This document shows positions 35,501-49,032 of a DNA stretch of 57,639 bases, one piece after another. The stretch's first letter is position 1, and each line of letters opens with the position of its first letter. Source of the stretch: Octopus bimaculoides (taxonomy: Eukaryota); contig NC_068997.1 of NCBI RefSeq assembly GCF_001194135.2, forward strand, positions 404,050-461,688, in the 5' to 3' direction. The translations under genes were made by a program, and so were the position numbers. The notes beneath the pieces were generated by a model. It was not told the DNA's origin and did no database searches. It saw only the letters and a list, made by a program, of their open reading frames with translations.

Positions 35501-38500
35501 GTTTATAAATTCTTATGAGGTCAACAATATATATTACCATAGTTTTAATGTCCATTTCCCCCTGTTTTTATGAATCAGGTCAAATTCATTGAGTTCCTCT
35601 CAAACATTTCCTTGCAAAATAGTATTTTCCCATGGCCAGATATGTTTCCATGAAAGATTGGAAATAAAAGACCCTACTTATGACTGGTGCACATTATCAA
35701 AACACATGTGCACATGTACATAGACTTGGGAATAGTGGGGTGCAGGCGTTGTAAGTGCATCCCCTAAAGATTTTGAACAAGTGCAGGCATGGCTGTGTGG
35801 TAAGAAGCTTGCTTCCCAACCACGTGGTTCTGGCAAGTGTCTTCTACTTTCACCTTACGTTGACCAAAGCTTTGTGAGTGAATTTGGTAGATGGAAACTA
35901 AAAGAAGCATGTTGTGTGTTTGTGTTTGTCCCTCACTTTCACTTGACCACTGGTGTTGTGTTAACGCACCTGTAACTTAACAGTTCAGTAAAAGAGAACA
36001 GTAAAATGTGAGGCACCCACGCCAGTGACATGTGCGAGGCACTCGGTACACTATGCAGTGGTTGGCATTAAGAAGGGCATCCTACCATAGGAAGCAAGCC
36101 AAAACAGACTGGGGCTTGGTGCCACTCTTTGGCTTGCCATTTCCAGTCAAACCATCTAACCCATGCTAGCATGGAAAACAGATGCTAAGTGCTGATGGTG
36201 TTGCTGTTTATGGAAGATGAGTGAAATGAAAATTGCTTTACTTGAAAAAACAGGTAAGGGTTTGCAAAAAGAAGGGCACACATACACATATGAGAACCAA
36301 AAATTAAAAAAACCCCGACACAGACATCCCTTTCTCGCATATATATTCATTTGCAGTCCCCTTCTACTCACATTGACCTTACATATACATGTATGCATAT
36401 GAGACCCCACATGGTCTGTAAGCCTACTAGAAATAGCAACTAAGTTTCCCTCAGATATCACTACTTCAATAAAAAAAACAAGGACACGTTGGATGATGTA
36501 TTGTATTCCCAGATACCCACTCCTAAAAGGATAAGATGTACCTGGCTACAACACCTTTGATCATCAGTTCTGACCTGGAACCAAATAACACGCACACCAC
36601 CTGTGTTGTCTTTGTTTAACCCTTTAGCAATTAAAGGGCCATATCTAGCCCAAATATTCTACTTTATGTTCAAACTGGTCAGATCTGTCACTCTAAAATT
36701 AAACAAGCATGCTATTGAAATCTCAATGCTATGAAATAATGCTTGATTAATTCAAAACATTGCATTTAACAGTTATCTGAATAATAATGGAATTAAACAG
36801 ATGTCTGTAGTTGTGTCATTATATTAATTAGATATAGGTTAATTCAGAACATACAGGGTTGGGTAGAGGTGGCTCCGTTATCAGTCTGGTTCACTCCTTG
36901 AATCAGATTTTTCTCTCAGAAAAAAAAAATAAAACCAACATATTGTGATTTAATCCTTTTCTTTCTCTGTCCTCATCCTCCTTGTTTTAAGTTGTTGACC
37001 TAAATTATAATTTCCATCACCTCATCCACCCACCTTAGTTTTTCGAAGCCAGAGTAAACCGCTGCGTCTTCTCTCAATCTGCTAAAAATAATCAAATTTC
37101 GCAAATCACACTTTTATAATTTAAGGAAAAGATATCTTTTGATAACATGTCCCTCTGTTCTCTTGCATGTAGGAAAATGGCTGTGTGGTTAAGAAGCTTG
37201 CTTCTCAACCATATAGTTTCAGGTTCAGTCCTTCAATGTGGAACCTAGGTAAGTGAATTTTACTGTAGCCTCAGGAGGACCAAATCTCTGAGTGGATATA
37301 GTGGAAAGACATTGAAAGAAGCTAATTGTGTGTGTGTGTACACCTTTGACATCATGTGCTGATTGTAAATGAGCCTCGGTATCATAGAAGTGATGTCTGT
37401 TTCTGGCCTTCCATGAAAAACCTATTTGGCTGCAGTAAATCTGCCTCAACAAATTCCATCTGACTCGTGCAAGTATGAAAAAGTGGTATTAATGATGATG
37501 AGGACTGTGGTAAGAAGTTATTTCTGAATCACATGGTTCTGGTTTCAGTTCCTCTGTGTGGCAGCTTGGGCAAATATTTTCTACTATAGCCTTAGACTAA
37601 CCAATGTCTTTAGGGGATTTGGTAGATGGAAACTGACAGAAACCTATTGTGTGTGTATATATCATCATCATCATCGTTTAACGTCTGCTTTCCATGCTAG
37701 CATGGGTTGGACGATTTGACTGAGGACTGGTGAACCAGGTGGCTACACCAGGCTCCAATCTGATTTGGCAGAGTTTCTACAGCTGGATGCCCTTCCTAAC
37801 GCCAACCACTCTGAGAGTGTAGTGGGTACTTTTACGTGCCACCGGCATGAGGGCCAGTCGCACAGTACTGGCAACGGTCACGCTCAAAATGGTGGCATGG
37901 GTTGGATGTGAATTTGAAAGCAAATTCACTCTTGGAAGTAAATTTGAAGAAAGATATAATATTATGGTTGATATCCACCCCACTACCACCACAGTTGGAA
38001 CTGTTGTTGCTGTTACAGTTATTTATTCATTGGTCAGTCCTTACTGAGCAGGGTTGTGGTTAAGCATGACCAACTCTGACCATTCCATTTTTTAAATTTT
38101 ATTAATGACCTCTTTTGATATGGTAGATTCTGGTTTGAGGAAGATTTTGCTGCTATTTCTAACTTTGTGAATGTCTGCACAGAGGCCTGCTCCTTCGTGG
38201 GTCTGAATTTCTGTGTATTTATCTGTACTGTTTAACTCCCAGATCAGCCCTAATTGAGCCAGAGGTTTAACCATCCATTTTTAGAGGTACAATGTTATTT
38301 GTAATTTGAGGGAACTTACTTGCTGTTTTTAGCAGTTCAGGTAACTACAAAGAGCAAGCAAGAGCAGCCCTTCTTGAGAAGTGGGTTACATGAGACAGCT
38401 CATCATCAGGCAGGTTGCACTATTAAAAACATTCAAGATAATTTTTTATTAGGTGTGCTATTCAGAAAGACCCATGGATCAGTTTGTCCATGACTAGTGT

Positions 38501-41500
38501 ACAGGCTCCCTGCTTGTGTTGTCATGGTTACATATACAGAGTGATGGACATTTCTCATCCAATGTCCTAACAATTTCACCAATCTTGGGCTTTAGTTTAT
38601 TACAAGCCCAAAAGGATGAAGGGCAAAGTTAACTTTGACTGGAATTGAACTCCGTTCAGTGAGAATTGAAACCAATGCCACATGGTATTTTGTGTTGTGT
38701 TCTAGTAATCACTGTCTTGTATGTTTATTTAATTGATCAGCACAATGGCATGTTGCTGAAGTAATTAGCTGTCACAGCTGGATATCTCTTCCTGTTGCTA
38801 ACATGAAACAATGAATTGCTAACTCAACAATGAAATTGCAACTTAGCCTGTTACTGTCTGACTTGCAAACTAGAGTGAACAGTTTTGTGTTTACTTTCAG
38901 ATGGTGTCCTAAAACTTGTGCTTTAGTCATTTTGATACCAACTCACCTGGTTCTGTGATACAACTTTTCTGTTTCAAAGTCATCTCAATTAAAACGTTCT
39001 ATAAAAATGTTATACTCATCTATGTTCCAAGCATCACTTTGATAATGACAGTTGTTTTATTAAATTCTTTATTTTGAAATTAATAGAAATAAAAGCAGTG
39101 TTTTTCTGCATGAAGATGGTTACAAAAGGGTTCAAGTGATCTTAATTAAAATCTTCCATCAAAATTTCATGTTAATTTATTTTCTAAACACTAGCCTAAG
39201 AATGACAGTTATTTTACTAAGTTCTTCATTTTTCAAAATTATTTTAAACAAAAATAGTATTTTCTACAAAAATTTTGTAACAAGTGGGTTAAGACAGGAA
39301 TAAGCTGATGTCAAAACAATTTAAGTGATCTAAATTAAAACCTATCAAAATCTCATTAATTTATGTTCCAAATACCAGCTTCATTAAGGCAGTTATTTAC
39401 TAAATTTCCTTTATTTTCTAAATTAAAATAAAGGCAATGTATTTTTAAATAGAAATATGGTAATGAAAGAGTTAATATACATGTCTTCACTACTTCAACT
39501 CCAGAGAAAATTTGCATATTTTTGATTCTATTGGTTTTACAGCTGAACGCCTTTACCTCTTGTGAACCACTCAGTTGTAAGATGTGGGACAACTATTTTG
39601 TCAGGCCGACAAGTTAGCAGTGTTACATCTCTTGCCCAAGATCATAATATATCAGATATAACTGCCATGTTATTAGGTGATTATTAGGTGTGTAAAAGTA
39701 GTGAGCAGGCAGAATCATTAGCATGCCAGGCAAAATGCTTAGTGGCATTCCATCCATCTTTACGTTCTGAGTTCAAATTCCACTGAGTTTCACTTTGCCT
39801 TTCATCTTTTCAGGGTCAATAAAATAAATGCAATTTGAGCATTGGGGGTCAATGTAATTAACTTACCCCCTCTCCCGAAGTTGTTGGCCTTGTGTCAAAA
39901 TTTGAAACCATTTTTGTTTATTACCCACAGGAGGCTAAACATAGAGAGGACAAACAAGGACAGACAAAGCAATTAAGTTGATTACATTGACCCCAGTGCC
40001 TAACTGGTACTTATTTAATCAAACTTGAAAGGATGAAATGCAAAATTGACCTCAGCATAATTTGAACTCAGAACATAATGGCAGCCAAAATGCTGCTAAG
40101 CATTCTGGCTAACGATTCTGCCAGCTCGCTGCCTTATTTGAAACCATTGCTACATGTCTAGTGTAATGGTAAGTGTTAGGTTAATATGCACAAGATTGTG
40201 AGCTGAATTCCTGGAATAGGCGGGATATATTCTGTCCTTGAGCAAGATATATTACTTCATATTGCTCCAGGTTAATCATATGAAAATGAATGCCAGCCCC
40301 ATTACTGGTGCAGCCCTGTCTCTCTCCAGTTGTAACTTCCTCAATATTCTTCTGAGTCAAGGAGTGGCAGGGTTGAGAAGGTGATCCATTGATCAGCTAA
40401 GTGTCTTTATTGGTCAGTTCACATTCTGTTGATTTATGTTACTATTGTTTACACCATTCCACTTTATTGTCTTTTAATAATTGTTCTCTCATTGTAGCAA
40501 CTTCTCCCTCCCTCTGCTGCCACCATCACCAAAGTTGGTCAGCATCGGACAATATGGACTGGTCAGGAAGAACTGAAAGATGTTGACCCTGAGATGCATG
40601 ACCTGTTACAGAAGGAGAAAAGCCGACAAATTTATGGATTAGAATTAATTGCTTCAGAAGTTTGTATATTTATCCATATTTCATTGTAATTGGGTTCTCC
40701 CCTCACTGCTATGACTCCCTCCCTTCATGCACTGTCTACATCCTCCTCCACCATCTCTCCTATCCTCCCACCATCAGCATCTTTACTACTCCTGCTATTT
40801 GTTGCCCACCACTCTTCTGTGCTCCTCATCCCCAGCTTTTCTTATCCTCCCTTCATCCATTTTCGTAGTCTGCTCCTCTCCCCTTTCACCTTCTCATACA
40901 ATCTCACAAACCACCCACACATCAACTGCTGCTCAGCTTGTGTCTTGTGGGGGTGGGGGGTCCCTGGACATCTTAATTACCATTATCTATGTGTGCAACT
41001 CCTACTAATCATTTTTTTTTCGGTTCTCCCTGCCCTTTTTTTTTTTCATACTAGATGGGAGTAGCCGTGAACCTGCTCTGCCTGCCCTCACTCCCTAGCA
41101 TGATTCTGACCCCCTGCTACACAGACACCTACCCCGAGCCAGTAGTCCTGTGAACAGCATGGTGATCTCAATAGTGCAGGTGGCACGAAAAACACCCAGT
41201 CCTTGTTGTAAAGTGGTTGGCCTTGAGAAAAGCATTCAGCCATAAAAACAATGCCAAAGCAGACACTGGTGCTATATGCAGTCCTTGGACACCTCAGTTC
41301 CTGTCAAACCATCCAACCCATGCAAGCATGGAAAGGGTGAAAGGGTAACCCCCTTCAGTCATGAATGACCATGGGATTGCATCTAGAAAGTTCCCCTCTG
41401 GGGCATAAGTCCAGGCAAGGTTGTTTATGGAAAGCCAGCAGTCACCCATGCATACCAGCCTCCCCTCTCCACACCACCGATGTTATCCAAAGGAAGGGCA

Positions 41501-43759
41501 AAGGGGTCAGTACAGCTTGGCACATGTGATGTCGCAACTCATTTCTACAGCTGAGTGAACTGGAGCAACATGAAATAAAGTGTCTTGCTCAAGAACACAA
41601 CATGCAGCCTGGTCCGGGAATCGAACTCACAACCTCGATGTGCCTTCACTTGCATGGAACAGTGTTACATGATGATGATGATATATAAAGAGAAGAGTAT
41701 CATGACAGTCATTTGAGAGTTAGACAAAATGCCTTGTATTTCTTCCAGTTCTTTATAGTCTAAGTTCAAATCTTGTTGAGGTCAACTTTATCTGTCAATC
41801 ATCTGGATCTCTTTGATTACTATTTTATTCTGGTGGACCCCCATAATCATTCTATGTTTAAAAACTAGTTTTACAGAAACTTTTTTCAAAATTCCTATTT
41901 TATTTTTCACACATTAACTTGTGTAGGTTGAACTATGTAAAATTAGAGAAAGGAACTTGTTTCTTGCAATACATACCAACATATCTAAAGTAAATCTTTT
42001 TTCAGGGGCCCTTAAAATGTCATTGTGGATCCCCGATTTACTACTTTGTTGTGTGGACCCCCAAGAATCTTATATGGACCCTGGTTGAGAACCACTGCCT
42101 TATATCAAAATTTCATGATAATTTATGTCCCAAAAACCAGCTTTATAATGAGTTATTTTACTGAATTCTTAATTATTTTCAAAATTGATTGAAACAGAAA
42201 CTGTAGTTCATCAGAAATGTGGTAACAAATGAGTTAATATCCTTGTTTTTACCGTTTCTTCTGTAGAACTTTGCAAGTAGAGCTGTGATTGATGTTACAG
42301 GCTCATGCCTCACCAATAAGTATTCTGAAGGCTACCCAGGGGCACGGTGAGTATTTTTTTGTTGTTTATCACCCTACTCCCTGCTGACCCATCAAAGATA
42401 TTCCACCCATGAACAATCAGTCATTACTCATATGTATATCTCGGACCACAGTATCTGACGTACATTTTATTTATTTTAAAGGTGGTGGGATGTGATTTGA
42501 GGGGGTTTTGCTGCTATATTTAGTACGAAAATGGTGCGAGACAAATATTTTGAGAAGATTACATCATTTCAACTAGTTAAATCAAATCAATGAAGATAAA
42601 AACACCAACATCGTTTTAACATACACTTTTCCAAACTTGCAGAGGTTAGAGTTTATGGAGGCATATTATTTCTCCTTGGCCAGATATGTTTCTGCAGAAT
42701 ATCGGAAATGAGGACAGCTGTCTAAAGAAGTGCCGATCTCTGTGGAGGGAACCTGTAGTAGAGGTAGACCCAGGAAGACATGGGAGGAGGTGGTGAAGAA
42801 TGATCTTTAGAATTTTGGGCCTCACAGAGGCAATGTCTAGTGTTTGAGAAGACCTGTCAAGCCAAGTGAAATCATAGTCTTGGCTGATGCTGTTGTCATG
42901 TAATGGGAACCTGTACCAGTGTCGGCTATATGGAGGCAAAGTGGCACACGAAAAGCTCCTTTTGAGTGTTGGGCCTCACAGAGGCAATGACCAAGACTAT
43001 GTTGAGCCTGAGAAGACCCTTCAAGCCAAGTAAAATCACAGTGGTGGCAGATACTGGTGTCATGAAAATGGCATCTGTGCCAGTGGCACGTAAAAGCACC
43101 TGTAACACTCTCAGTCATTGGCATCCAGCTGTAGAAACCCTGCCAAATCAGACTGGATCCTGGTGCAGCCTTGCAGCTTGCCAGCCCTGGTCAGACCATC
43201 CCACCCATGCCAGCAGGGACAGTGGACACTAAATGATGATCATACTGATTGTGTAACAGCATATTCATTTACAACAATCACGCAATGTCAAAGCAGGTAC
43301 ACATGCACTCACACATGAGTTCTTTCAATTTCTTTTCACCAGATCTTCTCACAAGGCGTTGGTTGGCCCGGAGGTATTGTGGAAGACACTTGCCCAAGGT
43401 GCCATGCAAAGGGACTGAGCTTGGAACCATGTCGTTGGCAAGCATGCTTCTTAACCATACAGCCATGCCTGCATCTATAATGAGGATGAATAATAATAAT
43501 AATAATAATAATCCAGCTGTAGAGGTCATGCCAAAACATACAATGGGGCCTGGTACAGCTTCCAACTTTGCCAGCTCCTGCAAACCATCCAACCCATGCC
43601 AGCATGGAAAACTAACATTAAATGATGATGATAATCTCCAAATATATATTGTATTTGTTTATCTAAGATAAGAATATTTTTATCTATTAACTGTAATTTA
43701 ATATTTCTTAAATCTGTTGTTATTCATCTTTCCTGTCCTTCGTTGGCCCTTATCATTTA

Positions 43760-43793
<34 letters not shown>

Positions 43794-46069
43794 CTCTGCC
43801 CTACATCAGCTCTTATGAGTACATGAGTACCCCACTATTTCTCATTGACCTCATTTATTAGCTGATACTACTTATCTATTTCTGCTGCCATCTCTGTCTT
43901 CAATTTAACTCTAACTTGTCTTCTGTCTCATATTCTTTTTCTCTTCCACTGCCTTCTTTGGTCAAGTAAAATGATTGACATCTTCATTTGCAATGTCTTT
44001 TCTATTCATTTATAGTCAGTATTTGAATGGGTTTATCACTCCTATTACAGCTACCAGTATCTACTGCAACTACCAATACCAACTATTAGAACCATTAATA
44101 CAATTAAAACCATCAATTCTAACTGTTATAGCTATCAGTTAATCACCCCCATATTATTATAATGACCAGTACTATTATGTTATCTAATACTCTTAGAGCC
44201 AGAAATACTGTAATAGTCGTCAGGTGTCGCTAAGTGCAGGCATGTAATGTGGTTACTAAGTTTGCTTTCCAACCATATAGTTTTGGGTTCAGTCCTACTG
44301 TGTGGCACCTTGTGAAAATGTCTTCTACCATAGCCACAGAGAAGTTTCAAGTGTGGAAGCAAGGTCTAGAATCAAATGGCCTTAGTCAATCTAGCAAAAG
44401 CCAAAGCCTTAGTAAGTAGAAAGGCAGACAAATCACAAATCCCTTCAGGTAGATGGCCCTATTTGATCTGTAGAAAAGGTGTAGGTAGAAACTCCATAAG
44501 ATGTACCTGGTGTAAGCTATGGACACATAAAAGGTGCAGCAATATCAGAGGAAGGTTAACTAGGAAGATAGTTTTTGTGTGTGGCAGATGTACAGGGGCA
44601 ATAAACACTGAAAATGTGCAGAAAACAGCTTCCGTCACATGTCAGGGGAAGAAACTAGTAGTTGATAGCTTGTGTTACCTAGCGGGGTGGATACAAGAAT
44701 AAGAATATCCTGGGCAAAGTTCAGAGCGCTCCTTCCTCAGAGTGAAAGGTCGATTGTATGATGCATGATGCAGTGAAACATGGGCTGTGACTGCTGAGGA
44801 CATGCATAGGCTTGAAAGAAATGATGCCATTATACTCTGCTAGGTAATGTCAGTGTGCATACACAAGAGTGTAAGCGCCCTGAGAGAAAAGTGAAATATC
44901 AGATGTGGTGTGCAAGAGAGATGACTGTGCTGGTATGGTCATGTGTTGCATATGGATGAGGACTGCTGTGTGAAGAAGTGTTACACCCTAACTGTGGAGG
45001 GAACCCATGGAAGAAAGACCTGGGATGAGGTGGTTAAACACAACCTTCAAATGTTGGGCCTAACAGATGCAAGGACAAGTGACCGAAACGCATTTTGTTT
45101 GGGCCCCTTCTTTCTCACTTTGACTCATCATCCCATAGCATAAATCCACCCCACTCACTACTGTATCCTCTCTGTCAAAAAATATCTCAATCTTGCAAGC
45201 TACATGGTTACCTCAGTAGTGCTGGTGCCATGAAAAAGCCCCTATACATACTGTAATTTAGTTAGCATTAGACAGGGCATCAAGCCATAGAAACTATGCA
45301 TTGCAGTAGTGCTAATCCTGTTATATGTCAAAGACTAACATTACTTAATGATTTTTTTTCTTTTTTTTTTTTTTAAGGCACAAAGTAAAATTTGACTGCT
45401 GTTTCTAGTCGGTTGATTAACATCATAAGAGGCTCTTTGTTGGTTGGTTACAGATTGGATATACTGGATGTTGTTGTCGTGGTGGTGAATAATTACCTGT
45501 GTTAATGAAATTAAAATATTGATGTCTTTGCAGATATTATGGAGGAAATATTTACATTGACCAAATTGAGCGTTTATGTCAGAAGAGGGCCCTGGAATGT
45601 TTCCGAGCTGATCCAGAACGATGGGGTGTGAATGTACAACCATATTCGGGGAGCCCAGCTAACATGGCTGTGTATACTGCTGTTTTAAATCCCCATGATC
45701 GAATCATGGGACAAGATTTACCGGATGGAGGACAGTATGTAATTTTTTTCCCCAATTTTTACTGTTTGTTTATTTTGGTGAGATTCTGCTTTCAGCATCC
45801 CATATAACCCCTTCTAACGTTTTCGTTTTTTGGAATTTTCAGAAAATTTTTGCGAATTTGAAGTGTGTGTATCTGTGTACATATATTTGCGTGTGTATCT
45901 GTGTACCCATATGTTTGCGTGTGTACTTGTGTACATATGCTTGCGTGTGTATTCGTGTGCATATGTTTATGTGTGTATTTGTGCATGTATGTTTGCGTGT
46001 GTGTTTGTGCACGTATGTACACACATACACAAACAAATATTGTATTTTTGTATTTGTGTACATTTATGT

Positions 46070-46112
<43 letters not shown>

Positions 46113-47636
46113 CTAGTTTGTATTTCCCCTTGTCTTTTCATGTGTTCATTGACTGTAAACAGCGATACATGTAGTGTCCTTTGTTTGCAATCAACTGCAT
46201 AAAGCATGTATGAGTTTCTTGATATGTTGCATAGTCTTTGTAGACAAAAGGTCCATTCAAATGGTGTAGCCTGTTTCCACCTCATTATGTAACTAGGTCC
46301 AGGCTCTTTATTATTCCATAAACCAGGTGATTATTACCTTGTTTGGAAACAGGTGAGGGTTGTGTGTTTACATATGATGGTTTTCCACTAGTTTGCGTCT
46401 ACCAAATTCACACAATTCATTTTCCAGTCTGGGGCTATAATAAAGACACCTGGGTGCTGTGCAATGGAACTGAACCTGAAGCCACAAGATTCCAAAGCAA
46501 ACTGCTTCCCCACAGTCAAACCTCTATATTTGTATTAAAAAAAAAAATACGTCTTCCTTGCTGTGTTGAAATATCTGTTTAATTTCTTCCTTTCTTTCCT
46601 TGATCCATCAGATTAATCCAGAACCTCTGGTGAATTCTATGACAAATGGGATGTTGCTCATGGAATTTTTATGGAAGAATACAAAATGGAGTTTCCTGAT
46701 GTCTTCTTACAAAACCTCATTTTGCAGGTTTTAGCCAATTCTTACAAAGTGAGAAAGAAGAATTGATCCTAATACACGATTGGTATTACCTTTAGTGATC
46801 TCAAAGGATGGAAAGCAAAGTTGACTCCAGCAAAATTAGAGCCCTTTAGAACTAGAATTATTACCACAAGGGACTTTATCACTCTTGGCTAATTTTCTGA
46901 TTTTTCAGTATCCCACTAAATCACGACATTGTTGTTTAACCTTGGTCAGCCATAATCCAGCAGATCTGTGATCAAATGTGTACCAACAATGACTGACCCA
47001 TTTTTATCTTTGCATGTTACTTTAGGGAGTTCTGGCTGCTATTTCTTGTTGGTTGACTTATCTAGTGATTCTCATGTTAGTTCATATTATTTTGAAGCTT
47101 TGGATTTATATTTTGGCTTAGATTGCAGCTGTCTTGTAATTTCACGGCAGCCATCGCAAAGTATTTTAATCCTTTTCTTACTATGTTTCTAGTGAAATAC
47201 ACTGTCTTTTGTTTCGGTTAACTTTGAAAATAAAGAATAGCACAGTAAAGTAACTTTGTCATTATTTATCTGGTGTTGGGAACTTCAACATGAAATTTTA
47301 ATGGAAGGTTTTAATTTAGATCACTTTAAAATGGGAAGTTTGCATTGTAGATCCAGGGGCAGTCTCAGGCATATCAAAAAAGGTTAAAATATGTCAGAAC
47401 TGAATAATAGTTATAGTTACGCGGTGGTGACAAGAAGAACATTTGGTAGTAAAAATCCAGCCATGAGTTATCTCTCCTATCTCATTTAAGCCGTGTTAGC
47501 ATGGAAAACGGTGTTCAACTAACAAATGAATTTGGTTATTTGATGGTTTATAGATTCATGTTCAGTGCAGCTCCTCAGCATTTGTAGTGAAATATGTTCA
47601 TTATTCTACTGAATTCTTCAGGTTTTCAATTCTTCT

Positions 47637-47674
<38 letters not shown>

Positions 47675-48992
47675 TATGTTTCTTTCAGTTTGACACATGG
47701 CTTTATGACTGACACCAAAAGAATCTCTGCTACATCCATTTTCTTTGAATCAATGCCTTACAAGATCAATGTGAGTGTCATAGAATATCTTTAAGGATTT
47801 ATCTCCCTTACCTTCATTGCTGTCTCACTTTAAATTCCTAAATGTCAGATTTTAAAGCAGTGGTTTTCACTCTTACCTCTGTAAGGTTTACTAGATATCG
47901 TCTATAAAAGTTACTGGTGCACTGTATTTCACATGGAAAGAAAATGCTGTGTTTTAGAGATAAATATATGGGAAACTACTGAACTATAACTAAGCTTGTT
48001 TTATTAATCACTAGCAATGCATCCCAGTGTTGCCTGAGTGTTATTACCAACAACAACATTGTATTTGGAGAGATTTATGCAGTAGTGATACGATGAAGTT
48101 GTAATAGAATGACCGTTCGAACGAAAGGACAATGGCGACATGACGGAAAAGGCTCCTTTTAACGCGTCGTACAGTTGAACACAAAACATATATAACGTAG
48201 ATGGCTCGTCGTGAAAGATGATGCGAGCCAAGTGCCAGTAAAGGAACAGAGAAGGACAGACAACCATTATGTATATAAAGAGAGTAAGTTTATTAACGTA
48301 GTGTCTGTGTGTGTGTGCATGCGGTATATATAATTAATACAATACATAAGTCAGGCCTTCGTGTACAAGAGTATGTGTACAACAATATGAAATGACGGAC
48401 TGTCGTATAAGCAATAGTGTGTGTACAATATGTGTGCGTGAGAGAGAGAAACACAGAATATAAAAAGTGTGTCTGTAACATAGACTGTAAAAGTCCTAAA
48501 CATTGAGATAGAGAAATACCAGTTTGTATAAGAGTTACACAAGGAGATAGAATGTTCATACGCAGGAAGTTGTGGTCGAGAGAGCAGAGCTGTGGTGTCA
48601 CATGTTGTGTGTGTTGAGCGTTGATGCTGTGACCTGCTACCTGGTACAGAATATTCTCACAGTTTGTTCTAGCTGTTATACTTCGTGGATGGAAATAATC
48701 CACTCAAACAGTGTTGAGATGAAACCGCGTTTGTTGATGTTGGTGTGTACTCTGTTGGTGGTGTTGCTGGCGACGTCATTGTGGTAGACAGTACATTGGT
48801 GGTGATGACGTCGTTGCTGGAAACTGGCTGGAGCTGTGTTCTGTATGTGGTCAGCGACCAGACCTGTGAGAGGTCTGAAATCGAAGACGACTGGCGGGTT
48901 CAAACAGGCTTATTTATAGAGGAAATAGGGCTCCAGGAAACATGAGCTCAATTCCCTAACCATTAAGCCACATGCCTTCGTGATGTATGGAC

Positions 48993-49032
<40 letters not shown>

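Noticed and set aside
46612-46727. Cassette exon in SHMT intron 4 (strong pyrimidine tract and cag acceptor)
   Set aside because: It has no SHMT similarity, an immediate stop in the incoming phase and a weak donor. Exons 4 and 5 already join perfectly.
48719-48787. Signal-peptide-like mini-[25 protein letters not shown]
   Set aside because: It is only 22 codons, is explained as the reverse complement of an ACC/ACA-rich stretch, and has no convincing donor or continuation.
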